A model generated the notes under the pieces. The model was given only the letters and a program-made list of their open reading frames with translations. It had not been told where the DNA came from and did no database searches. From the human T2T-CHM13v2.0 reference genome, Homo sapiens, in NCBI RefSeq assembly GCF_009914755.1, contig NC_060926.1: a stretch of DNA of 64,000 nt; one strand, written 5' to 3'. Below are positions 36,597 through 51,305 of the stretch, piece after piece; position 1 is the stretch's first letter; each line of letters starts with the position of its first letter. The position numbers and the translations under genes were made by a program.

Positions 36597-39500
36597 TGTT
36601 TCTAATGTTATTTCAGACAAAAGGTGTATAAAGGCCTACTCTAACCCTGTAACTGAGGTCAATATTTCCCATTGTAAAATTTTCTGCCTAACTTAATCCC
36701 ATCCTAATAAAGTCTCTCTCATATCCTCTATTAGAATGAGGCTTCTTTGATGGCATTAATGAAGTATTAATTCGACAACTAGGTTCTAAATATCCATTGT
36801 GTCCATTATACTATGATTACAAAACATATGAACAATCTGTTATTAAACAACTCATACTCTGATTAGGGAGCTAAGCCCATGCATGAAACTTTTAAACAAA
36901 TATATACCTTGCTTTGGTGTGAAGTCTTCCAAACAATGAAAGAGAGACGTGTGGAGGTTAGAATAACTAGAAAAGACTTCACAGGGGAAACAGGTCTTAA
37001 ACTGGACTTTGAAAAAGGAGTAAGATATTACTAGACTGTAGGAAGAAATGAAGACATTATAACAACATAAAAAAATCCTACAAGTGGTATATCATACGTA
37101 TTATGTGTTCAGTCTTTAAAAAATATATAGCTGCAGAACTGGAATTCTTAAAGAACTAGACATGGTAATGAAGATTAATATATTGAGATCGCCAGGGTAG
37201 AATTTTAAGTTCAATCTGTTTCCCAGATCTTTAGAGGAGGAAAAAAAAGAAACAACGTAGTGTTTGTATTTATCATCTGCAAACCAGATGGTTATGGCAA
37301 GGGGTGTGGACATTCAAACACATTCTTCCCTGCAAGAAACCATGTTGCTGTGATGCAAGACTCTTGGGCCTCTGAAAACAGTGAACATAAAAGTACTTAA
37401 GAATTTTCTGAACAATTCAAAAACTCAAAAGACAGACAGATGAAAGAGAAAAAAAAGGTACAGTTTGACACACAGTTTCAGTAAACAAGTACATAGTTGG
37501 GTATTTGCTTAGTTTTACCTAGTTAGGAGAGTACAAGTTTTGTTTCTGAGCAAGAATCTTCTCAAAGGAGAGGGGAGAAAAACAATCAGTGCTTATTTAC
37601 TGTAAATTTTGAATTAGAGAACTGGTCTGTGTTTGTATAGTCATGTATGTTAGCTTCATAAGGACACTGTAGGTTGCAGTATCCTTGTTGTACCCATACA
37701 ATGCTGAATGAGTGAGAACAAACAAAAATATATGTGCATACATACATATATATGTTATATGTATATATTATATTTATATATTTTTCAAGACTGAAAAAAT
37801 CCATTTGCCATCTTCTTGAATTAAAAAATACATATATTTTATATATATACTTTTATCAGAGTTTTTTAATCCTAATGAACTGGGAAGATGATAAGTGCTT
37901 ATAATTCCAACAAATAATGTGAAACACCAGATGCACTAACCAGTCAGCGTGAGTAGAACATCCTGAGCAGTAAGCACAGTTGGGGCACTAAGCAGGCCTG
38001 ACTTGCTAATGTAGATGAAGAATTCTCCATTTGGTTCTGAGTGGGAACAGATGCTTCATATCTTTTAGAAAGGAAATTACATTCTACAGAAGAGGAACTC
38101 AACACTGCCAAATTAATAAGATGAGAGATTTCATCATCTCCTGGAATACATTAGCATGCAATTTTCCTCTTGTTCCAATGATCCTTTCTGAACTAGCCCT
38201 TCTTAGAGTTTAGAACCTCATGGAAGCCCGAGCTGACCTAGTCTACAACCAGAATTGCCTTCAGAGCATTGCAAAATACTTTCTTAATTCCTATATGTAT
38301 GAAACAGTAGAAGCCATGAGTGTTTCCATGTTTGTATAAAAACTTTCTTACTTCAGACTCTGAGTAAGCGGGATGTGAGAACACAGAAGGATTCTTGCAC
38401 TTAGAAAGGGTTAGAAACATGACATGGGAACTATACTCCAATAGAAATTTTACTTAAATGAGTAAAGTAATGTGAAAAATTGCACACGTCAGGAATTAAG
38501 AATGATACATTTCTTGACCATCTCTTTCTTCTTGTTTATTTTTTACATGGATTCAAGGCAGCGTTCACTGAATTTCCTATTTAAATAGTAAAATACAGTA
38601 ATGCAAATATACTATAATTCCCTAAAATAATACAACTAAGCTTAAAATATAAAATATTCACTTGCATAACCCCAAATATCTATTGAATATCTAATTTACA
38701 ATTATGTATTGCTATTTGGATCACACACTAAAACTTTATGAACACAAAAACCTGACCTGCAATTTTCTTGCTATATAATCAGTGTCTATTATATTGCCTA
38801 GATCATTCTGGGCTCTTTAAAAACTATGGCCAATTAATGAGCTGAAGAAGATCTTATTCAGAAGGATTTTTATTGGGCAAGTACCATATTTTAAAGAAAA
38901 ACACATACTTTTCTAAGCTACTTAGAGTATAGGGGAAGACCCATATAATAGGTGAAACCAGGCTACAAAAGTATATGAGATAAGGCATAATTATTATTTT
39001 CTGAAAAGGAAAAAAAGGAGAAAATAGATAGATAGTCCTTAATACTGTGATCCTTCTTTAGAACCAAAAATCTTCAGTTAAATTATTAAATTTCCAAAAA
39101 CTTGACATGAGTGGAGTTTGCCATGTACATGAGTGAGGTAATGACTCTCACATCTGGACTCATAAAGAGCAAGACAGTAGAATTACATTGAAGGCAAGGA
39201 CCAAGGATTTAGGAAGGTTACATGCAATTTAACTGAAAAGGCACCTACAACTAACATCTTGATTAGAATGATGATATCTTCATACATTGATCGGATGAAC
39301 AATGAAGGAAATGGGAAAGGTATTCCAGAAAGATCTGGGAGAAGGTACAGTTGTGAAATTTTACCATTTAGTAAGAATTGTACTGCAAAAGAAAAGAAAA
39401 AGTTCAGTGGGAAGTGAATGAAGATAGAATAATTAGGGATCAAATTATGAAAGGCATTGGTTGTTAAACTAAAAAATATGAACCTTACTTATTCTATGGG

Positions 39501-42062
39501 CTACAGGGACACTATTTAAGCAAAATTATCTAAATAGTGTATAACAAGAAAGAAAGTGAAAACATTGGATAAAGTATAAATAAGGTGAATTTATATTGTA
39601 ATCCCATCATAGACATACAGAATGCACATTGGAGTACAAGAATACAGATGATTACAGACATCAGTTTGCCAAAATTGGATTTTCCGAGTCTAGGCAGACT
39701 TGAGCAGGAATTGATGAAGGTTGTATCATGGGTGCCCACTTCTGTCTACACAGTATTCAAAATGATTAAGCCTAGCATTTGGCAAGAAAAAAGGAATGCC
39801 ATATAAAATAATTTAATTTTAGTAAAGGGAACTTAGGAAAATCTGGCCATTATTAAAAAAGAAGTAAAAAGAAATAGTTTAAAATAAAATGAACCACAGG
39901 ACGTCTGGAGACTATTTTAAAATACATCATTAGAAGCCCAAGATGAATTTTTTGTCATGAATCATAAAAACAAGCCAGATGCATTAAAAAATGCTTTCAC
40001 AGCAAACTATTACAGTAAAAGCTGCCTTCATAGGAAGAAACAAGCATCTAAATCAAATTTTCCCAAGTCAAGGAAGAAAGGGAAGCCTCTAAAATTTGAC
40101 ACATCAGACATAACTGGAAATTAGACCAGAAAAAGATTTGTGAAACTATCTTTGTGAAACTATATTTGTGAAAAAGATTGTGAAACAAGTAACTTCAAAG
40201 CCAACAATAAGAAGACCCTTAAAAATGTCAAACAGAGGAAGGAAACCAATTCCGGAATCCAAAGAAATCCTAAATATAAAATTGTATTATTGGGGTAATA
40301 CTAAAAGAATAGTTAGTTCTTTTCTCTTTTAATGTATTCTTTTGACGATTTCAACACCTAAACTACATATTAAATTATGTGTGTCCAAAATACTGGATCA
40401 AATTGCCAAAAATGCATTGTTATATTTGACACAGATAAATACCTAAGATGCTATAACATCTATACGAAAATTATGAAAAAACGTAAGGGTTAAATGTTGA
40501 ACAGTAAGCCAAGACATATGACCTACCAGTAACAAATTAAGCAAACCAGAAAAGACAAGTTGTCAATATGATCCCCATTCATAAAGACAGAATTCAGCGA
40601 AGACCCTGGAAATCTAAGGTTTACTTTCAACCAGGTGATCTGGTGGAATCTGTTACAAAGGAGAGAATAACTATCTTCTTAACACAATACAACTCACAGA
40701 GGAATCATGGTACTGGGAGGGAAAATGATGCTTGAATACTTGTATGACTAGGTTCATACAAAAACTGCTTGAAGATTGAATCACCATGGGATTTGGAAAG
40801 ATGTTCTAACATGCATAAGGAGCTGTCTTAGAGTCAAGAAACAAGTAAAGACCAAAAAAATATTTCTTCAGGTGGAAAAATTCAAATACTGAGGGCTTCC
40901 TAGGACTACAGTGCTATAACGTCTCTAGAAAAAACATTACCCAGAGAATGTTCTGGGCTTACAGATAATATCAGAGTGCTTCTTTACCTTGCAGGCCATC
41001 TACATGCCTTAACTAATACCCCAGGGCCCCAGCAAAGTCCCAAGGGTAAGGAAGTAGGTGGAGAAGGAGGAAGAGAAGCTTTATCTCCTCTCTGATGGTC
41101 CCGGGACTCTACCAAATGAGTTGGTGGAGAATTTCTTGAGGAGTCTATCACAGATCCTTAGAACCATTTCTGGATTATCCTAAACTTCAGACATTTAAAA
41201 AATGTCAATGATTATCATTAAAAAGTGCCATGATGCTCTTAGTATTAATAGAAAGAGGACAAATGAACTTCTTTGTGGAAAATGCACTTGCATTCACAAA
41301 AAATTATGTTACTATTCACTGGGGGGAGGGAAACCCAAATTTCACTTAGATGACAAGCTATATTATGATGTGAAAGACCCAGAAAATGATCTCAGAGTTT
41401 TTGCACAGTCATACTTTGAGATAGCCAAGCAAGATGCTAGTTTTATAGGCCAACAATTATTTGTCAAGAAAAAAATATGCATATATATAGTAGTATCTGA
41501 CACTTAAAGTCATAATATGGGCAGGTTAGAAAAACATCATGTGGCATAAGTTGACACATGTAAGAAAAGACACATAGAGGTGGAAAGAATCAAGCAAAGG
41601 GCAACCACAGACCCAAGGGAGGTAAGAACTCTGGATGAATCCATGCAGAAGACACAGGTCTTCTAAGCTGGGAAGATGAAACCAAGAAAGAGTGCGATAG
41701 GCCAGGGAAGTCTACTAAACTGTGAAGGGTGTGAATTGAGACTTAAAAGATGTAAAAAGAGGATTAAGAAGAGAAAAACATTATAAAGTTAGTAATAAAC
41801 ATGAGTCCATATTGCCCTCCAATAGGGTGTCAGAAAATTATGAAATGCTATAACAATCAAAAAGACTTAGCTAAACCTAGGAATGCATATTCTAGAATCA
41901 TAGATTTAGGTGAATCTTCATTTTTCCATAAAGCACAAATTTAATCTCATATATGGAGTTACAGACCATAGCCTTAACCAAAAATGGAAATTCCCAAAAT
42001 ATATTAGTGGTCATTAAGCTCATTTTAATGTTGACATGGTCTTCAACATGAAATACTGATTA

Positions 42063-42365
<303 letters not shown>

Positions 42366-45289
42366 AATGAAAAATACTCCAGCCAAAGACATTTCAACTT
42401 CCTTCTTATCAAAAAGAAAACTTGATGTGCTAATGTTAGGTGAAGATTTTCCCATGATAACATCTTATATGTTGCTTCAAAAACTAGTGAAAACAATAGA
42501 AATAAGGTTCTATAAACTTCAAACAAAATTGTTTTAGAAAGTGAAATAAATGAAGTAATACTTGCTGATTAATAATATTGGAACCTTAATATCTGATTGA
42601 TAACTAAAACTTTGGCCTCCACCATCTAAAAGAAATTATTGGTAAATATATTTAATATTGGCTCTATATTCCATTAAACTCTGAAAGTCTATGATTTCTT
42701 AAATAGTCACATGGAATGCAATTTCATTTGCAGAGGTCTTGTGTATATTTTACATTTTTAAAAATCGACTACACTATTAACCAAAAAAGTCACATATGAA
42801 AAAGGTTAATTATAAAATTAAATTGAACTTGGCTAAACATCAACATTATTCTGAAATTTCAAGAATGAAGAAACTATAAGTGAATTTTAAAAATCACTAA
42901 TGTTTTCAGGGGGTTAAGATCTAAATTCCACATTTGCATTTTCCTAAATGTTTAGTGGTTTCAAGACTGTTTGGAAGCCTAGCATTAGAAATTTCTATCA
43001 TCAAGTCATTAACCTCCAGAATAAAAACACTGGCAATCCTCTTTCTTAGCCAAGTTTTTCTAGAGAAAATCTCCATGGTAATGCTTATTAAAATAGAACC
43101 TTTTATTTAGTGTTCTTTGTAAAGTCTTAGTAGAAACTTAAACATACACTTTTCAAAAATGATATATGTGTCTTATGGCAATATAATTTCAAGCTTGGTA
43201 CAATGCAAGGGCTTTAAAATCTCTCTGTGAAGTGTATTTTATGTGACCCTCAGTTGTTATGGTTTGCTTTAATTTATGTAATTATGTATGAGGTCAATAT
43301 GGAAAACTAGCCCTCACTCATTACTGGCAAACATTCCTGAACAATGTGTGTGCCTTCAGGAATCAAACTAACAGGCTCACAGTCTATAATAAGGTCAAAT
43401 GAAAGCAAGCAATTGTGCAAACACTAAACAGTTGTGATTGTTTACTGTATTACAATCGTACTTTAGAGATGACTTAACAGGCATTAAATTATATCCAGAA
43501 TGCTCTCAGATGACAATCAACTGAGCACACAAGGCAAACAGAGGTCCTGCTAATTGCCAAATATCAGGACACAAATGCAACTCTCATTCTGTCATATCAA
43601 TATAAAAGTCCTTAGGACACAGTGCTGAGGTGATTGCTGTTTGGAATTTAATCAACTGGAGTTCTCTTGGACATGCTAATTTTTTATGTAAATTTTAGTT
43701 TTTAAAAAAATTCTCAAAAATTAAAATGTTTAGTGTGAAATGCCAGTGTCTCCATGGACTGCTATTATTTTCCATCTTATAATAAAATCGACCTAAATCA
43801 AGCTTGGATTTCTTGATATAACCTCCTACTCCCATTTAAAAAACCGTGAAAGATAAAAAGTTTTCTGTAGACAATAAATGTTTCTTGATGTTTATTGGAA
43901 CCTCTACTATTTTCAGATCTTTGTTCTAGAATGAACTTAGGAAGCTTATCTTTGGTTCCTCAAACACTAAATTAATTTATACAGAGCATCAGAAGAGAAC
44001 AAGAAGCTATTTAGTCCAATTTCTTAGGAATTTCTTCTATAGCATCCATAAGTGGCTGTAAAGCTCCTGCTTGGTTACTTCCAGAGACAGAGAATTCATT
44101 ACCTCAAAGGGAACCCATTGTATTCTCAGTTAGGTCAAAGGTTAAAAAAGATTTTCCACAGGGAATCCCACATAACATTTTAGAAAGTGTTTCCATGCAT
44201 AAATATGGAGGACAGTAGTCTGTAACGTAATTTGATGAAAAAATCATGGATTACCTGGCAGCCAAAATTGGCTTATTATTCTTTCTACCATAAGGAGCTA
44301 CCATGGCCTATAATAAGAAATAAATGTAACCCATTTCCACACAGATAATCACTGCAAACATTTTAAGACACACTAACCCCCAGCATCTTACTCTTACATT
44401 CTTTGAAATGAACTCATGCCCTTCACCCCTTCCATTAAAATAGAATAAACACATTCTTACCTGGATATACATCCAAAATGTACCTTCTTTAAAGCAAACT
44501 AATTTCTATGGCAAATGGTGTTATAGTAGGTCTTTAAATTGTTTATGTTTTATATTTAATAAAGGCATAATGACAAATGAAGCAATCTTCAGAGCAAAGA
44601 CAATCTAGATAACAGATCTTCACAAGAAAAGCAATAGTGATAATAATTGGGTTTTGACTGTCTTTTCTGTTGAATCCATGACTGAAAACATACATGACGG
44701 TAAATGTTTAAACAGTAAGGATGATCTAGATAACTGGCAAATCAAATAAACACCTGACATTTAGTTTTTGCTTCTATACAATTCATTTCAGTTAGTTTAC
44801 CCCTCTTCCATGATAAGTTGCCAAGGTGTGTTTAAAATATAAGCAAGGCCATAAAAACACATATTCATCTGTAACTCTTTTTCTTACCTTCTTCACTGTA
44901 AAACCCACTAGTGTACCTTCTCTAATTTTACTCTCTATAATTATTCTTAAAACTCTGCTGTAATGGAGCCTCTTCAACTGACTGCACACACCTTATATAC
45001 TTCTCAATAACTTTGGTTAAACTCTATCCTAGTAAGAAATTATATACAAGCTATATTTATTTAAAAGCCACTTTACTTTAAAAATCACATAACTATAGAG
45101 TTCACTTCAAAGTGTACTGTTGGGTCTAAGACCCCAGTAGTTATATTAGAAAGATAACTATTATGCTATTTTGCTTACTTCATAGCTTAAAAAATTAATC
45201 TCTGTTTTTGAGTCAGTAGAGGGAAAGAGTCAAATAATTACAATGCAATATGAACAGAATTCTTCAAAATCTCAGAGGAGAACTAGGAA

Positions 45290-45500
45290 GGGAGCCATCT
45301 ACTCTGCTTTAAGTACTTCAACACACATGATTTCATTCAATCCTTACACACTGCAAAGTAATCAGAGCAAGTATTCTCATCCTTTACATTTTTTAGATAT
45401 GGAACCTGACACTTACATGTATAATTTAAAATACAAGATGATGCAGCTCATAGATGAAAAATCTAGGATTTAAGGTGAGAGTTTCTAACTTCAAGTACAA
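45290..45500 (-). mobile_element. MIR
   Basis: atttcattcaatccttac...catcctttacattttttagatatggaacctga. Confidence 0.55.
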
Positions 45501-46489
45501 TAATAGGTAAGGTCAGCACTCCATGCCTTCCGGGCTACAAGTTATGATACCAAAGAGTTCTAAATTGTATCTCTGTGATGTTTCCTCAGAGAAATTAAGA
45601 TGTCAAAGGGCATGGACAGATAATATGGTAAGTTGAAATGGCCATACACACAATGTATGTGAAAGCCAACACACAATGTAGCTCAACTCAAAATACAGAC
45701 TTCAAAACCTTTCCCAGAGAATTCACAGTGGAACACAGTCAGGTGTCCAGGTGTGGAATGAGCTAGTTCCCTACAGCGATCCCTTTCTGTTATCCTGGCT
45801 CCTGTTGCTCCACCCCCTGGGAAAATAGTTGCAGTATGAATTAGATTTTTAGGTTCCAACTCCCGCAGAGGCTGGCTTTTTGGAAGAGCCTGGCTTTTTC
45901 TGGCCCAGGACCAGGCCTAGCACAGAGATTGGAAAAATCTCTTTTTCAGAAATGAGCTAGGGTGGAGAGCATTGTAGAAGTAAGTTGGGGGAGGGTGGCG
46001 AGGAATCAAAATGATTTAGAAATGAAGGTCAAAGATCTCACCAAGATGTGAAGGCAGATGGGGAATTTTATTTATCTTGAACTGCTTGGAACTGGTTGGT
46101 TTGGGATGGCAGTTAATAGTCTGCACTGTAAAATCAACACGTGTTTAAAAAAAAGTTGGGGGAAAAGAAACACTGCAGATATTCAGAGTGTAAAAGGACA
46201 TATTCAATCAAGGTTGGATTTTTATTTTTTGTATTTTCTCATCTTTTAGAAAACAATCCCAAGTGGCTGCCTGATTTGTAGACACAGTATCTGGTTGCCT
46301 ATATGATTCTAAACCAAGAGCCCACAAAAAGTCAACCTAGCTAAACATTTTCAATCTGTGAGTCTGCCAACATTACATGCAATTCTCAGATGTCTTCTGA
46401 AAATGTATTTTTCCTAACTGGGCAAAAAACGTAATGTTACTTCTGGAAATTGGTTGGAAGGAGTCAGATGGAGAAGAAACCTATTCTTG

Positions 46490-46690
46490 CATGCTCTTCA
46501 CATACATTATTTCATTTGGTTCTCACAACAGCTATTTGGTAATAATATTATAACCTCCATTCTACAGATGAAGAAACTGAACATTCTAGAGCTTACATGA
46601 TTCAGTCAAGACCATCCTGGTAGTCAAGAATGAACTCAAGATTTGAAGACAAATCTGCTTAACCCCAGTCATGCATGCTTCACTAACCCA
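46490..46690 (-). mobile_element. MIR
   Basis: ttatttcatttggttctcacaac...cctccattctacagatgaagaaactga...caagatttgaa. Confidence 0.65.
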
Positions 46691-47840
46691 TAATATCTAA
46701 CAAGCATATTAGCCAGGAAGAGTTTTCCCAATTAACATAATGACATCAATAGTTACAGGAAAGATAATGAAGAAAGCACAGGAAAGTGTAAGTGGGGTGC
46801 ACAGGGGTGATAAGCTTGGGTGTGCATCCTCATACAGAGGCAGATATGCTTTTACTACATGTAATTACTGGGGCTCTAAAGTTTGTTCTCTTGGCTCAAC
46901 TATCTCCCCTCTCTGGTATCTCTCTATATACTCTCTGGTTTCTGCTTGCCTTGCTTTCCATGGCCTGATCCCTCTTACATCAGTGCTTCACATCCCTTTT
47001 GGTTGTTCTGGCAACACGTTTCAGTTTTCTGTAGCAGTTGCCAAAACAAGCATTTGAACATCTGGAAATCATCCTCCATCACTTTCACTGGTAAGACGCA
47101 TTTTCCTTAAAAGGTAGTTCCCGTATAGACCCCCTAAGATTCTGCATTGCCTTTGAATAACAGCTTTCCAATATTCCCTGGCTATGGAAAATTGCAACCT
47201 ACTGACTGCAAACTCTGGCACTTTCAGTCATATTAATAACTACACATTTTATGAGTCAATGTTATAGTGTCTTGAAGTAATACATTTTTTAAAAAATTAA
47301 GACAAGCAAACAAAAAAGGCACACACACATACACACATATGCATGCACATATGCAGACAACTCACAGCTCTTTGGATACCTTAAAGGAGATTACTATATC
47401 AGAAACTCTATTTTTTATTCTCTAAGACATGATATTTGAAAGTCAATGTCATTAATATAAACTACACAGCAGTAATGAAATGAATGCATAGCAGTAACAC
47501 CAACAAAACTATAGTATGAAGTTAAAGTTCTAGCTCAAAATTTATTCACAGGACTTAACAAGGTTTAATAAGGATGCGCTCATTCGCTAGGAGAATCATA
47601 ATTCATGACTCCTGCTTCTTCTTCTTCCACAAATATGATGTGGGTTGATACCAGAGTGGAATCAGGTCCACAAAATGACCTGGCGAATGGCTCTGATACT
47701 GGACAAGTGGGCAGTCCCCAGCATAGCAGAATCTTGCTGGTTTCCCTCTTCCCTCACCCTCCCTAGCATGATGAGAAATTGCAGTTTAATTCTCCACCTG
47801 CAGAATCAATGGCCTCTGTGGCCGTCAAAATGAACCATAA

Positions 47841-47966
47841 TTTTTATTTATTTAGTTTTTTAGATGAAATCTCGCTAGGTTGCCCAGGCTGTTCTTGACT
47901 CAAGCAATCTTCCCACCTCGGCCACCCAAAGCACTGGGATTTCAGGAGTGAGCCACCGTGCTGTCC
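47841..47966 (-). mobile_element. FLAM (free left Alu monomer)
   Basis: tagatgaaatctcgctaggttgcccaggct...gagccaccgtgctgtcc; TSD aaaatgaacca(t/c)aattttt. Confidence 0.85.
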
Positions 47967-48183
47967 AAAATGAACCACAATTTTTAAAAGGAGAATTCTA
48001 CTAGACTTTGGTTCTATGAGTTTAGCACCTCCATTATATTCACTTTTGTATATATTTTACCTGGCATAAAACTCGAAATAAAATTAGGTTGTAACTAAAT
48101 GCTTGACGAATGAATGAATAAATTAGTGGTTATGAGTACCTTGAAATAAAATAATAATAAGGTCCCTAAAGTATCCTGACAGA

Positions 48184-48542
<359 letters not shown>

Positions 48543-48654
48543 TAGCACATACTGCTCTACATTTTGCTCCTTTGGCCTTTCACCTGCCTGATTCCTTCTC
48601 AGATCCTCATACAAACTGAATCCACTCTGTGTGAAGTAGTACCATTCTCCAGAA

Positions 48655-48812
48655 CAGCACTGTCCAAGACAAGTTTCTATGATGATAGCAATGTTCTATT
48701 ATCTGCATTGTCCAAGATAGTAGTCACTGGCCACACTAGTAGCACTTAGATTTTAATTAATTTAAATTTAAACAGCTACATGTGTTAGTGTATATTATAT
48801 TGGACAGCACTG
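48655..48812. mobile_element. MER3-type hAT-Charlie MITE
   Basis: TIRs cagcactgtccaa ... ttggacagcactg; degenerate 8-bp TSD ctccagaa/tttcagaa. Confidence 0.8.
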
Positions 48813-48915
48813 TTTCAGAATCCTATCCTGTTTTTAATTCCTTTATGGCACTTATTACTGGAAATTATCTTTTTAAAATATATATTTTTGTTTATTTATT
48901 ATCTTTTATTTCTCT

Positions 48916-49437
48916 GTATTAGTTTCTGTCATAATAAACTAGCACAAACCTCGTGATTTAAAACACCAAAAATTCATTATCTTCTAGTTCTGGATGTCAG
49001 AAGTCTGAAATGGGTTTCACTGGGCTAACATCAAGATATTGACAGGGCTGCACCCCTTCTGGAAGCCCCAGAAGGAAATCCATTTCTTTGTCTTTTCCAG
49101 CTTCTAGAGGCCAACTACATTCCTTTACTCATGGCTTTCTCTTCATTTTCAGAACCAGAAGAGTGGTATCTTCAAATCTCTCTCTCTCTCTGGCTATGAT
49201 TCCTGCTTTTGTCATCACATCTTCCGCCTCTTTCTTTTTTTAGAAGGATGCTGGAGATTACATGGGGCCCAGCTAGTTAATCCAAGATAATATCTGTATT
49301 TTAAAATTAGCTGATTGGCAATCATAATGTCATCTAAAAATTTAATTCCCCTTTTCCACATAAGGTAATATATTCACAGGTTACAGAGATTAGAGCATGG
49401 ACATCTTTGGGGATGGCCATTATTTTGCCATTCACAC
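48916..49437 (-). mobile_element. MLT1 (MLT1D-like) solo LTR
   Basis: tgtattagtttct...tagttctggatgtcagaagtctgaaatgggtttcactgggcta...cttttccagcttctagaggcc...ggacatctttgggg...cattattttgcc...caca. Confidence 0.85.
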
Positions 49438-50305
49438 CCTGCAGTAGAATTCAAGTTCCATGAAGCTCAGAGACTTGTTCATTACTGTATCCTCAGAATG
49501 ACAACATTGCCCTTAAAAATAAATATTTATTAAGTAAATAAATTTCAAAATTTCTTCTTTGGGGAACAAGTTTTGATATATACTGACAACTGCAGAATTT
49601 TAAAAATATAAAAATTACATTTGAAGACAAACTCATATATAAAATCATTCTTTTTAATATATTACTTTTTCACAAGGCTTTGTCAAGACTTGAAAGTTTC
49701 AATTATGCTCAGTTTACTGCTGTATGTTGATAGTCTTGTCCTCATAAATTAATTTTAAAAGAGTCTGGCTATCCAGCTTTGTTGGAGAGACTGCACCAAT
49801 AAGACATAGGCTTTTATAAGCAGAATATTATCACACATTGATGCTTTAGTATGAAAAATTAATATTATTTCTCTATAGCCAAAAATATGTATTGACATTT
49901 CTCAACTATGTTTTTGTGCTGAATATTTGAGTCTGTTATCTGATAATAAGTTCCACCAAACTCACAGTGTAAAATCACATTATCTTCTGAAACTTCCAAA
50001 ATAGCTAGCATAAAATCCACTATTAATTCACACTAGCGAATATAATAAGCATATATAGTCTATTCACTTTAAGAATTTGCAATAAAATAGTGGAAATATG
50101 GCTGAAGATTAGTTGCCACAGTAGCTGAAAAATAATATCTATTGACAAAATGGTAAATTCACTCTAGGCAACTGTTAATATGACTATGTAATAGTTCTAA
50201 CTACCTGTCTGTGTTTTTTACTCATCTCCACAAGGGATAGCACTGAGGCTATACTGAAGCAAGTAGTTAAATATTCTGCAAAATTTAATGAAACTTCCAG
50301 CTGTG

Positions 50306-50432
50306 AGATAGATATATCGATATATCTATATCTATATATAGATATATATAGATATATCGATATATCGATATATCTATATATCTTCATGTGCTAAGCATAT
50401 ATATATCTATATATATAGCTTAGCACATGAAG
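50306..50432. repeat. GATA/TATC-TA low-complexity tract with nested perfect palindromes
   Basis: 38-bp perfect palindrome 50344-50381; 15-bp inverted arms 50382-50396 and 50418-50432. Confidence 0.92.
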
Positions 50433-51184
50433 CCCCAAATACAAATAGTGCTAAGACTTATAGATCATATTTCACATTAAAAATGAAAGTTGTATAAATT
50501 TGCTTTATTTTTTAAATATATTTCTTCCAAGTGTGTTAAAGCATATACAAATAATCACACGTCTGGAAGTTTAACCCAAAACAAAGTTAAAGGCAAAAAA
50601 GAAAAGAGTGGTACAGAAGAATTTAAAATATTCATTAAATTGACAGAGCATGCTAAGGACATTTAAATAAAGAAGTCTAAAAAAAGCAAGAATATGATTT
50701 CATCATATATCTTCAACAATAATTACAAACACATAGTTCTGTTATCTTCTAGAGAAGGTGATATTTCACTACTCTGCAAACCTGACTGGACAGAGTAGAC
50801 TACATGGAATCCCAATCCAGACTATTATCTACTTCAAAGTGTTTTTCCCACATACCAGTAAAAGGAAGATTGGAATGTAATGTTTTTGGATGACAAAAAT
50901 AAAATGTGGGCTAATTCTTCAGTGGAATTAAATGTTTTGTGGTATTCTTGTTTGAAATAAAACTTAAAGGCTTTGGTCAAAATGTTCTATTTCCTCTGGT
51001 ATGTCTTGGTTTGAAGAAACAACTTAATATTTTTACTATCAATGAAATCACTGCAATAATAAACTACAGTATTTTTAATCTGATATTAGTCATACATATA
51101 TTATTTGTTCTTGATCTAAACAGGAAACAATATTTTTGTGGCAACTAAATTTTCAAAACATTCCCATTCTACACATCTGTGTTT

Positions 51185-51305
51185 TTCTCTCTCTAGATAG
51201 ACTTCAATGAAGGTAGAGACTGTGTCTTATATACTGTGGTATCCCTACAGCCTAGCACAATACCTGAAACATAGTACAGGTCCAATAAATATTTTCTGCA
51301 TTTTA
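51185..51305 (+). mobile_element. L2 3' end
   Basis: gaaggtagagactgtgtctt...gtatccctacagcctagcacaatacctgaaacatagta...caataaatatt. Confidence 0.65.

Noticed and set aside
40138-40164. 13-mer tttgtgaaactat equals the reverse complement of the end of the 139-bp duplicate
   Set aside because: The match does not extend; a single AT-rich 13-mer is plausibly chance.
44455-44890. Two strong minus-strand donor motifs (CAG|GTAAGA at 44460, AAG|GTAAGA at 44887)
   Set aside because: No convincing paired acceptor or ORF identified; decoy donors are common in long introns.
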